A DNA stretch of 38,552 nucleotides from the sequence record MN481366.1. One strand, written 5' to 3'. The DNA comes from Escherichia phage vB_EcoP_PHB20. This document shows positions 29,244 through 38,552 of the stretch, piece by piece. The translations under genes and the position numbers were made by a program. The notes under the pieces are model-generated. The model was given only the letters and a program-made list of their open reading frames with translations. It did no database searches and was not told the DNA's origin. The stretch's first letter is position 1, and the number at the start of each line of letters is the position of its first letter.

Positions 29244-32200
29244 ATGGATAAGTACGATAAGAACGTACCAAGTGAGTATGATGGTCTGTTCCAGAAGGCG
29301 GCTGATGCCAACGGGGTCTCTTATGACCTTTTACGTAAAGTCGCTTGGACGGAATCGCGATTTGTACCAACAGCTAAATCTAAGACTGGACCGTTAGGAA
29401 TGATGCAATTCACCAAGGCTACCGCTAAGGCTATGGGGTTGCGAGTTACCGATGGTCCAGACGATGACCGATTGAATCCTGAGTTGGCTATTAATACTGC
29501 TGCCAAGCACCTTGCTGGACTGGTGAGTAAATTTGATGGCGATGAACTCAAAGCTGCCCTTGCGTATAACCAAGGCGAGGGACGCTTGGGTAATCCTCAA
29601 CTTGAGGCGTACTCCAAGGGAGACTTCGCGTCCATCTCTGAGGAAGGTCGTAATTACATGCGTAACCTTCTGGATGTCGCTCGGTCTCCTATGGCTGGAC
29701 AGTTGGAAACTTTTGGGGGTATCACCCCAAAGGGTAAAGGCATTCCGGCTGAGGTAGGTCTGGCTGGAATCGGTCATAGTCAGAAAGTAACTCAGGAACT
29801 TCCAGAGTCCACAAGTTTTGACGTTAAGGGTATAGAACAGGAGGCTCCGGAGAAACCGTTCGCCAAGGACTTTTGGGAGACCCACGGAGAAACACTTGAT
29901 GAGTACAACAAGCGTTCAACCTTCTTCGGATTCAAAGATGCTACCAAAGCTGAACTCTCCAACTCAGTCGCTGGGATGGCTTTCCGTGCTGGTCGTCTCG
30001 ATAATGGTTTTGATGTGTTTAAAGACACCATTACGCCGACTCGCTGGAACTCTCACATCTGGACTCCAGAAGAGTTAGAGAAGATTCGAACAGAGGTTAA
30101 GAACCCTGCGTACATCAACGTGGTAACTGGCGGTTCCCCTGAGAATCTTGATGACCTCATTAAGCTGGCTAACGAGAACTTTGAGAATGACTCCCGCGCT
30201 GCCGAAGCTGGCCTAGGTGCCAAACTGAGTGCTGGAGTTATTGGTGCTGGCGTGGACCCACTCAGTTATGTTCCTATGGTCGGTGTAACTGGTAAGGGCT
30301 TTAAGTTAGTCAATAAGGCTCTTGTAGTCGGTGCCGAGAGTGCTGCGCTGAACGTTGCATCCGAAGGCCTACGTACATCCGTAGCTGGCGGTGACGCTCA
30401 CTACTCAGAGGCTGCTTTAAGTGGATTCTTGTTTGGTGCTAGTATGTCCGCAATCAGTGACGCTGTAGCTGCTGGGCTGAAACGTAGTAAACCAGAAGCT
30501 GAGTTCGACAATGAGTTCATCGGTCCTATGATGCGAATGGAGGCACGCGAGACAGCACGTAACGCCAACTCTGCGGACCTCTCTCGGATGAACACTGAGA
30601 ACATGAAGTTTGAAGGTGAGCATAATGGTATTCCGTATTCGGACTTACCGACCGAGAAAGGTGCTGTGGTGTTACATGATGGCTCCGTTATAAGCGCAAG
30701 CAACCCAATCAACCCTAAGACTCTCCAAGAGTTCTCCGAGGTTGACCCTGAGAAGGCTGCGCGAGGAATCAACCTTGCTGGGTTCACCGAGATAGGCTTG
30801 AAGACCTTGGGGTCTGACGATGCTGACATCCGTAGAGTGGCTATCGACCTCGTTCGCTCTCCTACTGGTATGCAGTCTGGTTCCTCAGGTAAGTTCGGTG
30901 CAACAGCTTCTGACATCCACGAGAGACTTCACGGTACTGACCAGCGTACTTACAATGACCTGTACAAAGCAATGTCTGACGCTATGAAAGACCCTGAGTT
31001 CTCTACTGGTGGTGCTAAGATGTCTCGCGAAGAGGCCAGATACACTATCTATCGTAGAGCAGCATTGGCTATTGAGCGTACAGAGTTGCAGAGCGCACTC
31101 ACTCGGTCTGAGAGAACCGTTATGGACATCATTAAGCGTCACTTTGACACCAAGCGTGAACTTATGGAGAACCCAGCAATCTTCGGTAATACGAAGGCTG
31201 TTAGTATCTTCCCTGAGAGTCGCCACAAGGGGACTTACGTTCCTCATGTATACTGCCGACACGCTAAGGCGCTGATGATTCAACGCTACGGTGCCGAAGG
31301 TTTACAGGAAGGGATTGCTCGCTCATGGATGAACAGCTACGTCTCCAGACCTGAGGTCAAGGCGAGAGTCGATGAGATGCTTAAGGAATTACACGGGGTG
31401 AAGGAAGTAACGCCAGAGATGGTAGAGAAGTACGCTATGGATAAGGCTTACGGTATCTCCCATTCCGACCAGTTCACCAACAGTTCCATAATCGAAGAGA
31501 ACATTGAGGGCTTAGCAGGTATCGAGAACAACTCATTCCTTGAGGCACGAAACTTGTTCGATTCGGACTTATCCATCACTATGCCGGACGGACAGCAATT
31601 CTCAGTGAACGACCTAAGGGACTTCGATATGTTCCGCATCATGCCAGCGTATGACCGCCGTGTCAACGGTGACATCGCCATCATGGGGTCTACTGGGAAA
31701 ACCACTAAGGAACTTAAGGACGAGATTTCGGCTCTCAAAGCGAAAGCTGAGGGTGACGGTAAGAAGACTGGCGAGGTCCATGCTCTTATGGATACCGTTA
31801 AGATTCTTACTGGACGTGCTCGACGTAATCAGGACACTGTGTGGGAAACCTCGATGCGAGCTATCAATGACCTAGGGTTCTTCGCTAAGAACGCCTATAT
31901 GGGTGCTCAGAACCTTACTGAGATTGCTGGGATGTTTGCCACAGGTAACGTTCGTGCTCTCGGTCACGGTATCCCAATTCTGCGAGATACACTCTACAAG
32001 TCTAAACCAGTTTCCGCTAAGGAACTCAAGGAACTCCATGCGTCTCTGTTCGGGAAGGAGGTGGACCAGTTGATTCGACCTAAACGTGCTGACATCGTAC
32101 AGCGCCTAAGGGAAGCGACTGATACCGGACCTGCTGTGGCGAACATCGTAGGGACCTTGAAGTATTCCACACAGGAACTGGCTGCTCGCTCTCCGTGGAC

Positions 32201-33200
32201 TAAGGTGCTGAACGGAACCACTAACTACCTTCTGGACGCTGCGCGTCAAGGTATGCTTGGGGACGTTATTAGTGCCACCTTAACAGGTAAGACTACCCGC
32301 TGGGAGAAAGAGGGATTCCTTCGGGGTGCCTCCATAACTCCTGAGCAGATGGCTGGCATCAAGTCTCTCATCAAGGAACACATGGTACGTGGTGAGGACG
32401 GGAAGTTTACCGTTAAGGACAAGCAAGCGTTCTCTATGGACCCGCGTGCTATGGACTTATGGCGACTGGCTGACAAGGTGGCTGATGGGGCAATGTTGCG
32501 TCCGCATAAGGTGTCCTTACAGGATTCCCATGCGTTCGGAGCATTAGGTAAGATGGTGATGCAGTTTAAGTCTTTCACCATTAAATCCCTTAACTCTAAG
32601 TTCATTCGAACCTTCTATGATGGGTACAAGAACAACCGAGCGATTGACGCTGCGCTGACTGGTATCATCTCTATGGGTCTCGCTGGTGGTTACTACGCTA
32701 TGGCTGCACACGTCAAAGCGTATGGGATGCCTAAGGAGCAACGTAAAGAATACTTGGAGCGAGCACTGGACCCAACCATGATTGCCCACGCTTCGTTGTC
32801 TCGTAGTTCTCAATTAGGTGCTCCTTTGGCTATGGCTGACCTAGTGGGTGGTGTCTTAGGGGTCGAGTCCTCCAAGATGGTTCGCTCCACGATTCTACCT
32901 AAGGACACCATGAAGGAACGTGACCCAAACAAACCGTACACCTCTAGAGAGGTAATGGGAGCTATGGGTTCGAGCCTTCTGGAGCAGATGCCTTCGGCTG
33001 GCTTTGTGGCTAACGTTGGGGCCTCCCTAATGAACGCTGCTGGTGTGGTTAACTCACCTAACAAAGCAACCGAGCAGGACTTCATGACTGGCTTAATGAA
33101 CTCTACCAAAGAGTTAGTGCCTAACGACCCTCTTACTCAACAGCTTGTGGTTAAGATTTATGAGGCCAATGGTGTTAACTTGAAGGAGCGTCGGAAATAA
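29244..33200 (+). CDS. 16: Internal virion protein gp16 with N-terminal lytic transglycosylase domain
   Basis: 1318 aa; N-terminal SLT-like motif WTESRFVPTAKSKTGPLGMMQF; same length as T7 gp16. Confidence 0.95.
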   Translation: MDKYDKNVPSEYDGLFQKAADANGVSYDLLRKVAWTESRFVPTAKSKTGPLGMMQFTKATAKAMGLRVTDGPDDDRLNPELAINTAAKHLAGLVSKFDGDELKAALAYNQGEGRLGNPQLEAYSKGDFASISEEGRNYMRNLLDVARSPMAGQLETFGGITPKGKGIPAEVGLAGIGHSQKVTQELPESTSFDVKGIEQEAPEKPFAKDFWETHGETLDEYNKRSTFFGFKDATKAELSNSVAGMAFRAGRLDNGFDVFKDTITPTRWNSHIWTPEELEKIRTEVKNPAYINVVTGGSPENLDDLIKLANENFENDSRAAEAGLGAKLSAGVIGAGVDPLSYVPMVGVTGKGFKLVNKALVVGAESAALNVASEGLRTSVAGGDAHYSEAALSGFLFGASMSAISDAVAAGLKRSKPEAEFDNEFIGPMMRMEARETARNANSADLSRMNTENMKFEGEHNGIPYSDLPTEKGAVVLHDGSVISASNPINPKTLQEFSEVDPEKAARGINLAGFTEIGLKTLGSDDADIRRVAIDLVRSPTGMQSGSSGKFGATASDIHERLHGTDQRTYNDLYKAMSDAMKDPEFSTGGAKMSREEARYTIYRRAALAIERTELQSALTRSERTVMDIIKRHFDTKRELMENPAIFGNTKAVSIFPESRHKGTYVPHVYCRHAKALMIQRYGAEGLQEGIARSWMNSYVSRPEVKARVDEMLKELHGVKEVTPEMVEKYAMDKAYGISHSDQFTNSSIIEENIEGLAGIENNSFLEARNLFDSDLSITMPDGQQFSVNDLRDFDMFRIMPAYDRRVNGDIAIMGSTGKTTKELKDEISALKAKAEGDGKKTGEVHALMDTVKILTGRARRNQDTVWETSMRAINDLGFFAKNAYMGAQNLTEIAGMFATGNVRALGHGIPILRDTLYKSKPVSAKELKELHASLFGKEVDQLIRPKRADIVQRLREATDTGPAVANIVGTLKYSTQELAARSPWTKVLNGTTNYLLDAARQGMLGDVISATLTGKTTRWEKEGFLRGASITPEQMAGIKSLIKEHMVRGEDGKFTVKDKQAFSMDPRAMDLWRLADKVADGAMLRPHKVSLQDSHAFGALGKMVMQFKSFTIKSLNSKFIRTFYDGYKNNRAIDAALTGIISMGLAGGYYAMAAHVKAYGMPKEQRKEYLERALDPTMIAHASLSRSSQLGAPLAMADLVGGVLGVESSKMVRSTILPKDTMKERDPNKPYTSREVMGAMGSSLLEQMPSAGFVANVGASLMNAAGVVNSPNKATEQDFMTGLMNSTKELVPNDPLTQQLVVKIYEANGVNLKERRK

Positions 33201-33220
33201 TACGACTCACTATAGGGAGA
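33198..33220 (+). promoter_or_regulatory. T7 RNAP promoter phi17
   Basis: taatacgactcactatagggaga overlapping the gene 16 stop; +1 G at 33215. Confidence 0.85.
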
Positions 33221-33272
33221 GGTGAAAGAATCTTCTCCCTGTAGTCTCTTAGATTTACTTTAAGGAGGTCAA

Positions 33273-35237
33273 ATGGCTAACGTAATTAAAACCGTTTTGA
33301 CTTACCAGTTAGATGGCTCCACTCGTGATTTTAATATCCCGTTTGAGTATCTAGCCCGTAAGTTCGTAGTGGTAACTCTTATTGGTGTAGACCGTAAGGT
33401 CCTTACGCTTAATACAGACTATCGCTTTGCTACACGTACTACCATCTCACTGACTAAGGCTTGGGGTCCATCCGATGGCTACACGACCATTGTGTTACGC
33501 CGAGTAACCTCCACGACCGACCGCTTGGTTGACTTTACGGACGGCTCAATCCTCCGTGCGTATGACCTTAACGTTGCTCAGATTCAAACGATGCACGTAG
33601 CGGAGGAGGCGCGCGACCTGACTGCTGATACAATCGGTGTCAATAATGACGGTCACTTGGATGCCCGTGGTCGTAAGATTGTTAACTTGGCGTATGCCAC
33701 AGGTGACTATGATGCCGTCCCTTTAAAGCAGGTTAAAGAGCGTGAAACCTCTGCGTGGAATGCCGCAACAAAAGCTAACGAACACGCTGACCGTTCTAAT
33801 AGGGAAGCAAACCGTTCCCGTGATGAGGCCAATCGCGCTCAACGTGAAGCTGACCGCTCAACGCAACAGGCAGATGTCTCTAAGCAACAGGCAGTTGAGT
33901 CCAAGAAGCAAGCTGACCGCTCAGACGCTGAGGCTGACAGAGCTAAAGGTTATGTTGATAGCATGATCGCAAGTGTCGCTGAGGCCGAGAAGCAAGCTGA
34001 CCGTGCCGACTCTGAGGCAAATCGTGCCCGTGATGAGGCCGATCGTGCTGCCGGAGAAGTGACTAAAGCTGCTGCTGAGGTTGCCAAGGCTGCTGCACAT
34101 GTTGAGACCGCTAAGGGACATGCTGATAGGGCTAACACTGAGGCAAACCGCTCCAAAGGTGAGGCTGACCGTGCTAAGTCTGAGGCAGACAAGCTGGGGA
34201 ATATGAACAGCTTAGCTGGGGCTATTGACAGGGTTGAGGATCTTGATGTTTACTTCAAGCGCAAGGTGTCAGGTAAGGACTTTACGTTGCGGAATGATGC
34301 AAAGGGCGCTGATACTAAACCAGTTGAATTAGTATGGACCCAGTGGCGTGGAGAGGGAAGCAAGGAGACCGTATGGGAACAGTGGATTCAGGCTGGTCCA
34401 AAACGCATGGACTACTATACGTTCATCAATACAGACCCTGCCACATGGCCTGACGGACGATCTAATAGTAAAGGAAAACACACATTTTTTGGAGATGTTT
34501 TATTGGCTGGTGGGAACGTGGAAATGCACGGCAACCTTAAGGTTAATGCAGTCGAGTCTAAAAATACCGTTTCCCTTACAAATGAGGGTGCCAGCTTTAG
34601 GGCAAAAACACAAGGCGGCGGATGGAGCCAGTGGACAGGAAGTCTATCTCCAGACGTGCAGCACGATATTGCAGGGCAGGGGGATATAAACTATCTCCTT
34701 GAGCGAGCGACGATTTGGGGTAAAGAGCACCTGTATGCTAAGTGCTTATACAACAATGGAACAGGCGTTAACTTCTTTATCAGACATTATCTCCGTGGGA
34801 CTCACTTCGACTACAGGAGCGATGGTACTCTTCTCAGCTCGACTGGTTGGTATATTCCACCAGATGGCAACCTGTACATCAAAAAGTACAACGAGTATAT
34901 TGATGCGTGGGTCAACAAACGCCTTGATGAACACGCCTATAACAAAAGTACCGCCGATGGTCTCTATATCCGCAAGAATGCTGGGTGGAGTGAAGTGTGG
35001 AAAGGAAGAGTTGGTGGTGGTGTATCCGTATCTCTATCTCAAGATGTTCGTTGGAGAACCATCTGGATTCAGACCAACGATCACTGGAACCCGATAGAGA
35101 TTGGGGACGATGGTGCCTACTTTCTTTCCTCTATGGGTGGGTGGATTACATTCACTATCTCCAACGGCGGGAGAACCTTCAAGAATGACAGAGATGAGAA
35201 ATCTGTACCAACTAGCATTCTGGTGCGTAACAACTAA
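33273..35237 (+). CDS. 17: Tail fiber protein gp17, long mosaic form (654 aa)
   Basis: N-terminal ~150 aa MANVIKTVLTYQLDGSTRDFNIPFEYLARKFVVVTLIGVDRK... is T7-like; then a repetitive EANRxRDEADRA coiled-coil; C-terminal ~300 aa differs from T7 except the last ~60 aa. Confidence 0.95.
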   Translation: MANVIKTVLTYQLDGSTRDFNIPFEYLARKFVVVTLIGVDRKVLTLNTDYRFATRTTISLTKAWGPSDGYTTIVLRRVTSTTDRLVDFTDGSILRAYDLNVAQIQTMHVAEEARDLTADTIGVNNDGHLDARGRKIVNLAYATGDYDAVPLKQVKERETSAWNAATKANEHADRSNREANRSRDEANRAQREADRSTQQADVSKQQAVESKKQADRSDAEADRAKGYVDSMIASVAEAEKQADRADSEANRARDEADRAAGEVTKAAAEVAKAAAHVETAKGHADRANTEANRSKGEADRAKSEADKLGNMNSLAGAIDRVEDLDVYFKRKVSGKDFTLRNDAKGADTKPVELVWTQWRGEGSKETVWEQWIQAGPKRMDYYTFINTDPATWPDGRSNSKGKHTFFGDVLLAGGNVEMHGNLKVNAVESKNTVSLTNEGASFRAKTQGGGWSQWTGSLSPDVQHDIAGQGDINYLLERATIWGKEHLYAKCLYNNGTGVNFFIRHYLRGTHFDYRSDGTLLSSTGWYIPPDGNLYIKKYNEYIDAWVNKRLDEHAYNKSTADGLYIRKNAGWSEVWKGRVGGGVSVSLSQDVRWRTIWIQTNDHWNPIEIGDDGAYFLSSMGGWITFTISNGGRTFKNDRDEKSVPTSILVRNN

Positions 35238-35284
35238 GGGATGACCAATAGTCCACGGATGGACTCTTTGAGGGAGGACGCTAC

Positions 35285-35488
35285 ATGTTGTCTTTAGATT
35301 TTAATAATGAGTTAGTCAAGGCCGCACCTATTGTTGGCACTGGTGTGGCTGATGGCGCTGCGAGGCTTTTCTTCGGTCTGAGTCTTAATGAGTGGTTCTA
35401 CGTTGCCGCTATGGCCTACACAGTGGTTCAGATTGGTGCCAAGGTAGTCGATAAGATGATTGACTGGAAGAAAGCCAATAAGGAGTAA
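35285..35488 (+). CDS. 17.5: Holin (gp17.5)
   Basis: 67 aa with one hydrophobic segment and charged C-terminus; near-identical to T7 gp17.5 as recalled. Confidence 0.9.
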   Translation: MLSLDFNNELVKAAPIVGTGVADGAARLFFGLSLNEWFYVAAMAYTVVQIGAKVVDKMIDWKKANKE

Positions 35489-35491
35489 TAT

Positions 35492-35761
35492 ATGGAAAAA
35501 GATAAGAGCCTCATTACGTTCTTAGAGATGTTGGACACTGCGATGGCTCAGCGTATGCTTGCGGACCTTTCGGACCCTGAGCGGCGCTCTCCACAACTCT
35601 ATAACGCCATTAACAAACTGTTAGACCGTCACAAGTTCCAGATTGGTAAGTTGCAGCCGGATGTTCACATCTTGGGTGGCCTTGCTGGTGCTCTTGAAGA
35701 GTACAAAGAGAAAGTCGGTGAGAACGGTCTTACGGATGACGATATTTATACTTTACAGTGA
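35492..35761 (+). CDS. 18: Terminase small subunit (gp18)
   Basis: 89 aa MEKDKSLITFLEMLDTAMAQRMLADLSDPERRSPQLYNAINKLLDRHKFQIGKL...; T7 gp18-like. Confidence 0.9.
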   Translation: MEKDKSLITFLEMLDTAMAQRMLADLSDPERRSPQLYNAINKLLDRHKFQIGKLQPDVHILGGLAGALEEYKEKVGENGLTDDDIYTLQ

Positions 35762-35796
35762 TATACTCAAGGTCTCCTACGGGTGGCCTTTATGGA
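35762..35796 (+). promoter_or_regulatory. RNase III processing hairpin R18.5
   Basis: tatactcaaggtctcctacgggtggcctttatgg. Confidence 0.5.
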
Positions 35797-35853
35797 TGTC
35801 ATTGTCTACACGAGATGCTCCTACGTGAAATCTGAAAGTTAACGGGAGGCATT

Positions 35854-36297
35854 ATGCTGGAATTTTTACGTAAGCTGGTCCCTTGGGTTCTCGCTGGGAT
35901 GCTGCTCGGATGTGGATGGCAACTTGGGGCTGACTCAATGGACGCCAAGTGGAAACAGGAGGTACAGAATGAGTACGTTAAGAGAGTTGAGGCTACGGCG
36001 AGCACTCAAAGAGCAGTCAGTGAAATATCGGCTAAGTATCAAGAAGACCTTGCCGCGTTGGAAGGGAGCACTGATAGGATTATTTCTGATTTGCGTAGCG
36101 ACAATAAGCGGTTGCGCGTCAGAATCAAGACTACCGGAACCTCCGATGGTAAGTGTGGATTCGAGCCTGATGGTCGAGCCGAACTTGACGACCGAGATGC
36201 TAAACGTATTCTCGCAGTGACCCAGAAGGGTGACGCATGGATTCGTGCGTTACAGGATACTATTCGTGAACTGCAACGTAAGCAGGAAACCAAGTAA
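35854..36297 (+). CDS. 18.5: i-spanin, Rz-like (gp18.5)
   Basis: 147 aa with N-terminal TM segment LVPWVLAGMLLGCGW and coiled-coil periplasmic part; T7 gp18.5-like. Confidence 0.9.
   Translation: MLEFLRKLVPWVLAGMLLGCGWQLGADSMDAKWKQEVQNEYVKRVEATASTQRAVSEISAKYQEDLAALEGSTDRIISDLRSDNKRLRVRIKTTGTSDGKCGFEPDGRAELDDRDAKRILAVTQKGDAWIRALQDTIRELQRKQETK
35969..36220 (+). CDS. 18.7: o-spanin, Rz1-like lipoprotein (gp18.7), embedded in the +1 frame of 18.5
   Basis: Internal ATG of track ORF 35912..36220; 83 aa with lipobox TISGC and proline-rich mature part; fully embedded in 18.5. Confidence 0.8.
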   Translation: MSTLRELRLRRALKEQSVKYRLSIKKTLPRWKGALIGLFLICVATISGCASESRLPEPPMVSVDSSLMVEPNLTTEMLNVFSQ

Positions 36298-36306
36298 GGA
36301 GGTAAT

Positions 36307-38067
36307 GTGTCTACTCAATCCAATCGTAATTTGCTCGTTGTGGCGCAACTAAAGGGCGACTTCGTGGCGTTCCTGTTCGTCTTATGGAAGGCGTTAAACC
36401 TTCCGGTGCCCACTAAGTGTCAGATTGACATGGCTAAGGTGCTGGAGAATGGAGACAACAAGAAGTTCATCCTACAGGCTTTCCGTGGTATCGGTAAGTC
36501 GTTCATCACATGTGCGTTCGTTGTGTGGTCCTTATGGAGAGACCCACAGTTGAAGATACTCATTGTATCAGCCTCTAAAGAACGTGCAGACGCTAACTCC
36601 ATCTTCATTAAGAACATCATTGACCTGCTCCCATTCCTTGCTGAGCTAAAGCCAAGACCCGGACAGCGCGACTCTGTAATCAGCTTTGATGTTGGTCCTG
36701 CCAGTCCTGACCACTCGCCTAGTGTGAAATCAGTAGGTATCACTGGTCAGTTAACTGGTAGTCGTGCTGATATTATCATTGCGGATGACGTTGAGATTCC
36801 GTCTAACAGTGCTACTATGGGTGCCCGTGAGAAGCTATGGACTCTGGTTCAGGAGTTCGCTGCGTTACTTAAGCCGCTGCCTACTTCTCGTGTTATCTAC
36901 CTTGGTACACCTCAAACTGAGATGACTCTCTATAAGGAACTGGAGGATAACCGTGGGTACACCACTATCATCTGGCCTGCTCTGTACCCAAGGACTCGTG
37001 AGGAGAATCTTTACTATGCCCAACGTCTTGCCCCAATGCTCCGTGCGGAGTACGAGGAGAATCCTGAGGCTCTGGCTGGTACTCCTACAGACCCTGTTCG
37101 ATTCGACAGAGATGACCTACGTGAGCGTGAGTTGGAATACGGTAAGGCTGGCTTTACGCTACAGTTTATGCTTAACCCGAACCTGAGTGATGCCGAGAAG
37201 TACCCTCTGAGGCTCCGTGACGCTATCGTAGCGGCCTTAGACTTAGAGAAGGCACCGATGCATTACCAGTGGCTTCCGAACCGTCAGAACATCATTGAGG
37301 ACCTTCCTAACGTGGGCCTTAAGGGTGATGACCTGCACACCTACCACGAGTGCTCGAATAACTCTGGTCAGTATCAACAGAAGATTCTGGTCATTGACCC
37401 TAGTGGTCGCGGTAAGGACGAAACAGGTTACGCGGTGCTGTACACCCTCAATGGTTACATCTACCTAATGGAAGCTGGAGGTTTCCGTGACGGTTACTCC
37501 GATAAGACCCTTGAGTTGCTCGCTAAGAAAGCTAAGCAATGGGGAGTCCAGACGGTCGTCTACGAGAGTAACTTCGGTGATGGTATGTTTGGTAAGGTAT
37601 TCAGTCCTATCCTTCTTAAACACCACAACTGTGCTATGGAAGAGATTCGTGCTCGTGGTATGAAGGAGATGCGTATTTGTGATACCCTTGAGCCAGTCAT
37701 GCAGACTCACCGCCTTGTCATTCGTGATGAGGTCATTAGGGCAGACTACCAGTCCGCTCGTGACGTAGACGGTAAGCATGACGTTAAGTATTCACTGTTC
37801 TACCAGATGACCCGCATCACTCGTGAGAAAGGTGCTCTGGCTCATGATGACCGCTTGGATGCTCTTGCGTTAGGCGTTGAGTATCTCCGTGAGTCCATGC
37901 AGTTGGATTCCGTTAAGGTCGAGGGTGAAGTGCTTGCTGACTTCCTTGAGGAGCACATGATGCGTCCTACGGTTGCCGCTACGCATATCATTGAGATGTC
38001 TGTAGGAGGAGTTGATGTGTACTCTGAGGACGATGAGGGTTACGGTACGTCTTTCATTGAGTGGTGA
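36307..38067 (+). CDS. 19: Terminase large subunit (gp19)
   Basis: 586 aa, GTG start after taaggaggtaat; Walker A-like AFRGIGKS; near-identical to T7 gp19 as recalled. Confidence 0.98.
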   Translation: MSTQSNRNLLVVAQLKGDFVAFLFVLWKALNLPVPTKCQIDMAKVLENGDNKKFILQAFRGIGKSFITCAFVVWSLWRDPQLKILIVSASKERADANSIFIKNIIDLLPFLAELKPRPGQRDSVISFDVGPASPDHSPSVKSVGITGQLTGSRADIIIADDVEIPSNSATMGAREKLWTLVQEFAALLKPLPTSRVIYLGTPQTEMTLYKELEDNRGYTTIIWPALYPRTREENLYYAQRLAPMLRAEYEENPEALAGTPTDPVRFDRDDLRERELEYGKAGFTLQFMLNPNLSDAEKYPLRLRDAIVAALDLEKAPMHYQWLPNRQNIIEDLPNVGLKGDDLHTYHECSNNSGQYQQKILVIDPSGRGKDETGYAVLYTLNGYIYLMEAGGFRDGYSDKTLELLAKKAKQWGVQTVVYESNFGDGMFGKVFSPILLKHHNCAMEEIRARGMKEMRICDTLEPVMQTHRLVIRDEVIRADYQSARDVDGKHDVKYSLFYQMTRITREKGALAHDDRLDALALGVEYLRESMQLDSVKVEGEVLADFLEEHMMRPTVAATHIIEMSVGGVDVYSEDDEGYGTSFIEW

Positions 38068-38104
38068 TTTATGAGGCCAAGGAAGGCCACTTTAAGGAGG
38101 TAAT

Positions 38105-38548
38105 ATGATAAACAAGAAGAAGTATGTTGTTGATAAGGAGACTGGTTGCTGGAACTTTAAGGGATGTAAGACGAAGACTGGTTATGGTCGTATCCGTGTG
38201 AATGGTGTCCATTGGATGGCCCACAGGTATTCCCTGAGTTGTCATCTAGGCAGACCGATAGCTGACGGAATGGTTGTGATGCACCTGTGTGATAACCCTT
38301 CGTGTGTTAACCCTGAGCACCTTAAGGAAGGGACCCAGAAGGAAAACATAGAGGACTGCATCTCAAAGGGTCGCGCAACTAAGGCCACAGGTAAACGTGA
38401 TGCGTCGAAGAGAGACCCTAGCGAGGAACGTAAGGCTATAGTGATTCGTAGATACCATAAAGGCTGGAACGCAACGTCCATAGCGAGATACCATAAGCTC
38501 TCTGTGGCGTGGGTCAAGAGGGTCATTGAGGAGTACCTAAGTGATTGA
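38105..38548 (+). CDS. HNH-family homing endonuclease-like protein (147 aa), not at this position in T7
   Basis: Motif ETGCWNFKG..GYGRIRVNGVHWMAHR...VVMHLCDNPSCVNPEHLKEGTQKEN typical of phage HNH endonucleases, plus C-terminal HTH-like AIVIRRYHKGWNATSIARYHKLSVAWVKRV; SD taaggaggtaatATG; rare AGA/AGG/ATA/CTA codons. Confidence 0.85.
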   Translation: MINKKKYVVDKETGCWNFKGCKTKTGYGRIRVNGVHWMAHRYSLSCHLGRPIADGMVVMHLCDNPSCVNPEHLKEGTQKENIEDCISKGRATKATGKRDASKRDPSEERKAIVIRRYHKGWNATSIARYHKLSVAWVKRVIEEYLSD

Positions 38549-38552
38549 TATT

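Noticed and set aside
34348-35188. Three alternate-frame plus-strand ORFs (34348..34689, 34699..35097, 34997..35188) inside gene 17
   Set aside because: They overlap the continuous 654-aa tail fiber ORF, lack start signals and probably reflect the atypical composition of the acquired distal fiber segment.
36953-37186. 77-aa alternate-frame ORF inside gene 19 (possible 19.2/19.3 analogue); also 11710..11901 inside gene 4
   Set aside because: No SD or conservation evidence can be established from the sequence alone.

Overview
The window is an essentially complete, circularly permuted genome of a T7-like podovirus (Autographiviridae, T7 group). All supported genes are on the + strand in canonical T7 order (0.3 through 19.5), separated by 18 T7-RNAP promoters of the TAATACGACTCACTATAGGGAGA family, T7-type RNase III hairpins, and the TE and Tphi terminators. 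The window starts about 555 bp before the physical left end, so the right-end region (phiOR, gene 19.5), one copy of the terminal repeat, and the left-end early region all lie in the first 1.8 kb. Gene identifications and all comparisons to T7 rest on my recollection of the T7 reference, not on a search. Against that reference the genome is mosaic: gene 1 RNAP, the gene 4 helicase part, 2.5, 3.5, 5, 6 and 19 look near-identical, while 0.3, the gene 4 N-terminus, 1.3, 1.7 and the gene 17 C-terminal half diverge. Main departures, most interesting first: (1) a 147-aa HNH endonuclease gene after the terminase large subunit gene, while the sites where T7 carries genes 1.4, 2.8, 3.8, 5.3 and 7.7 are empty; (2) a long gene 17 tail fiber with an expanded coiled-coil and a divergent tip; (3) a perfect 16-copy 13-bp tandem array just inside the left end; (4) a tandem duplication of the phi1.1A promoter plus R1.1 hairpin next to the primary origin; (5) a roughly 150-bp insertion carrying a fourth consensus sigma70 early promoter; (6) lesions in three non-essential genes (ACG at the gene 4.7 start, a frameshift at the 5' end of 7.3, an in-frame TAA in the 0.6 region). 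No tRNA, CRISPR, integrase or minus-strand gene is supported.
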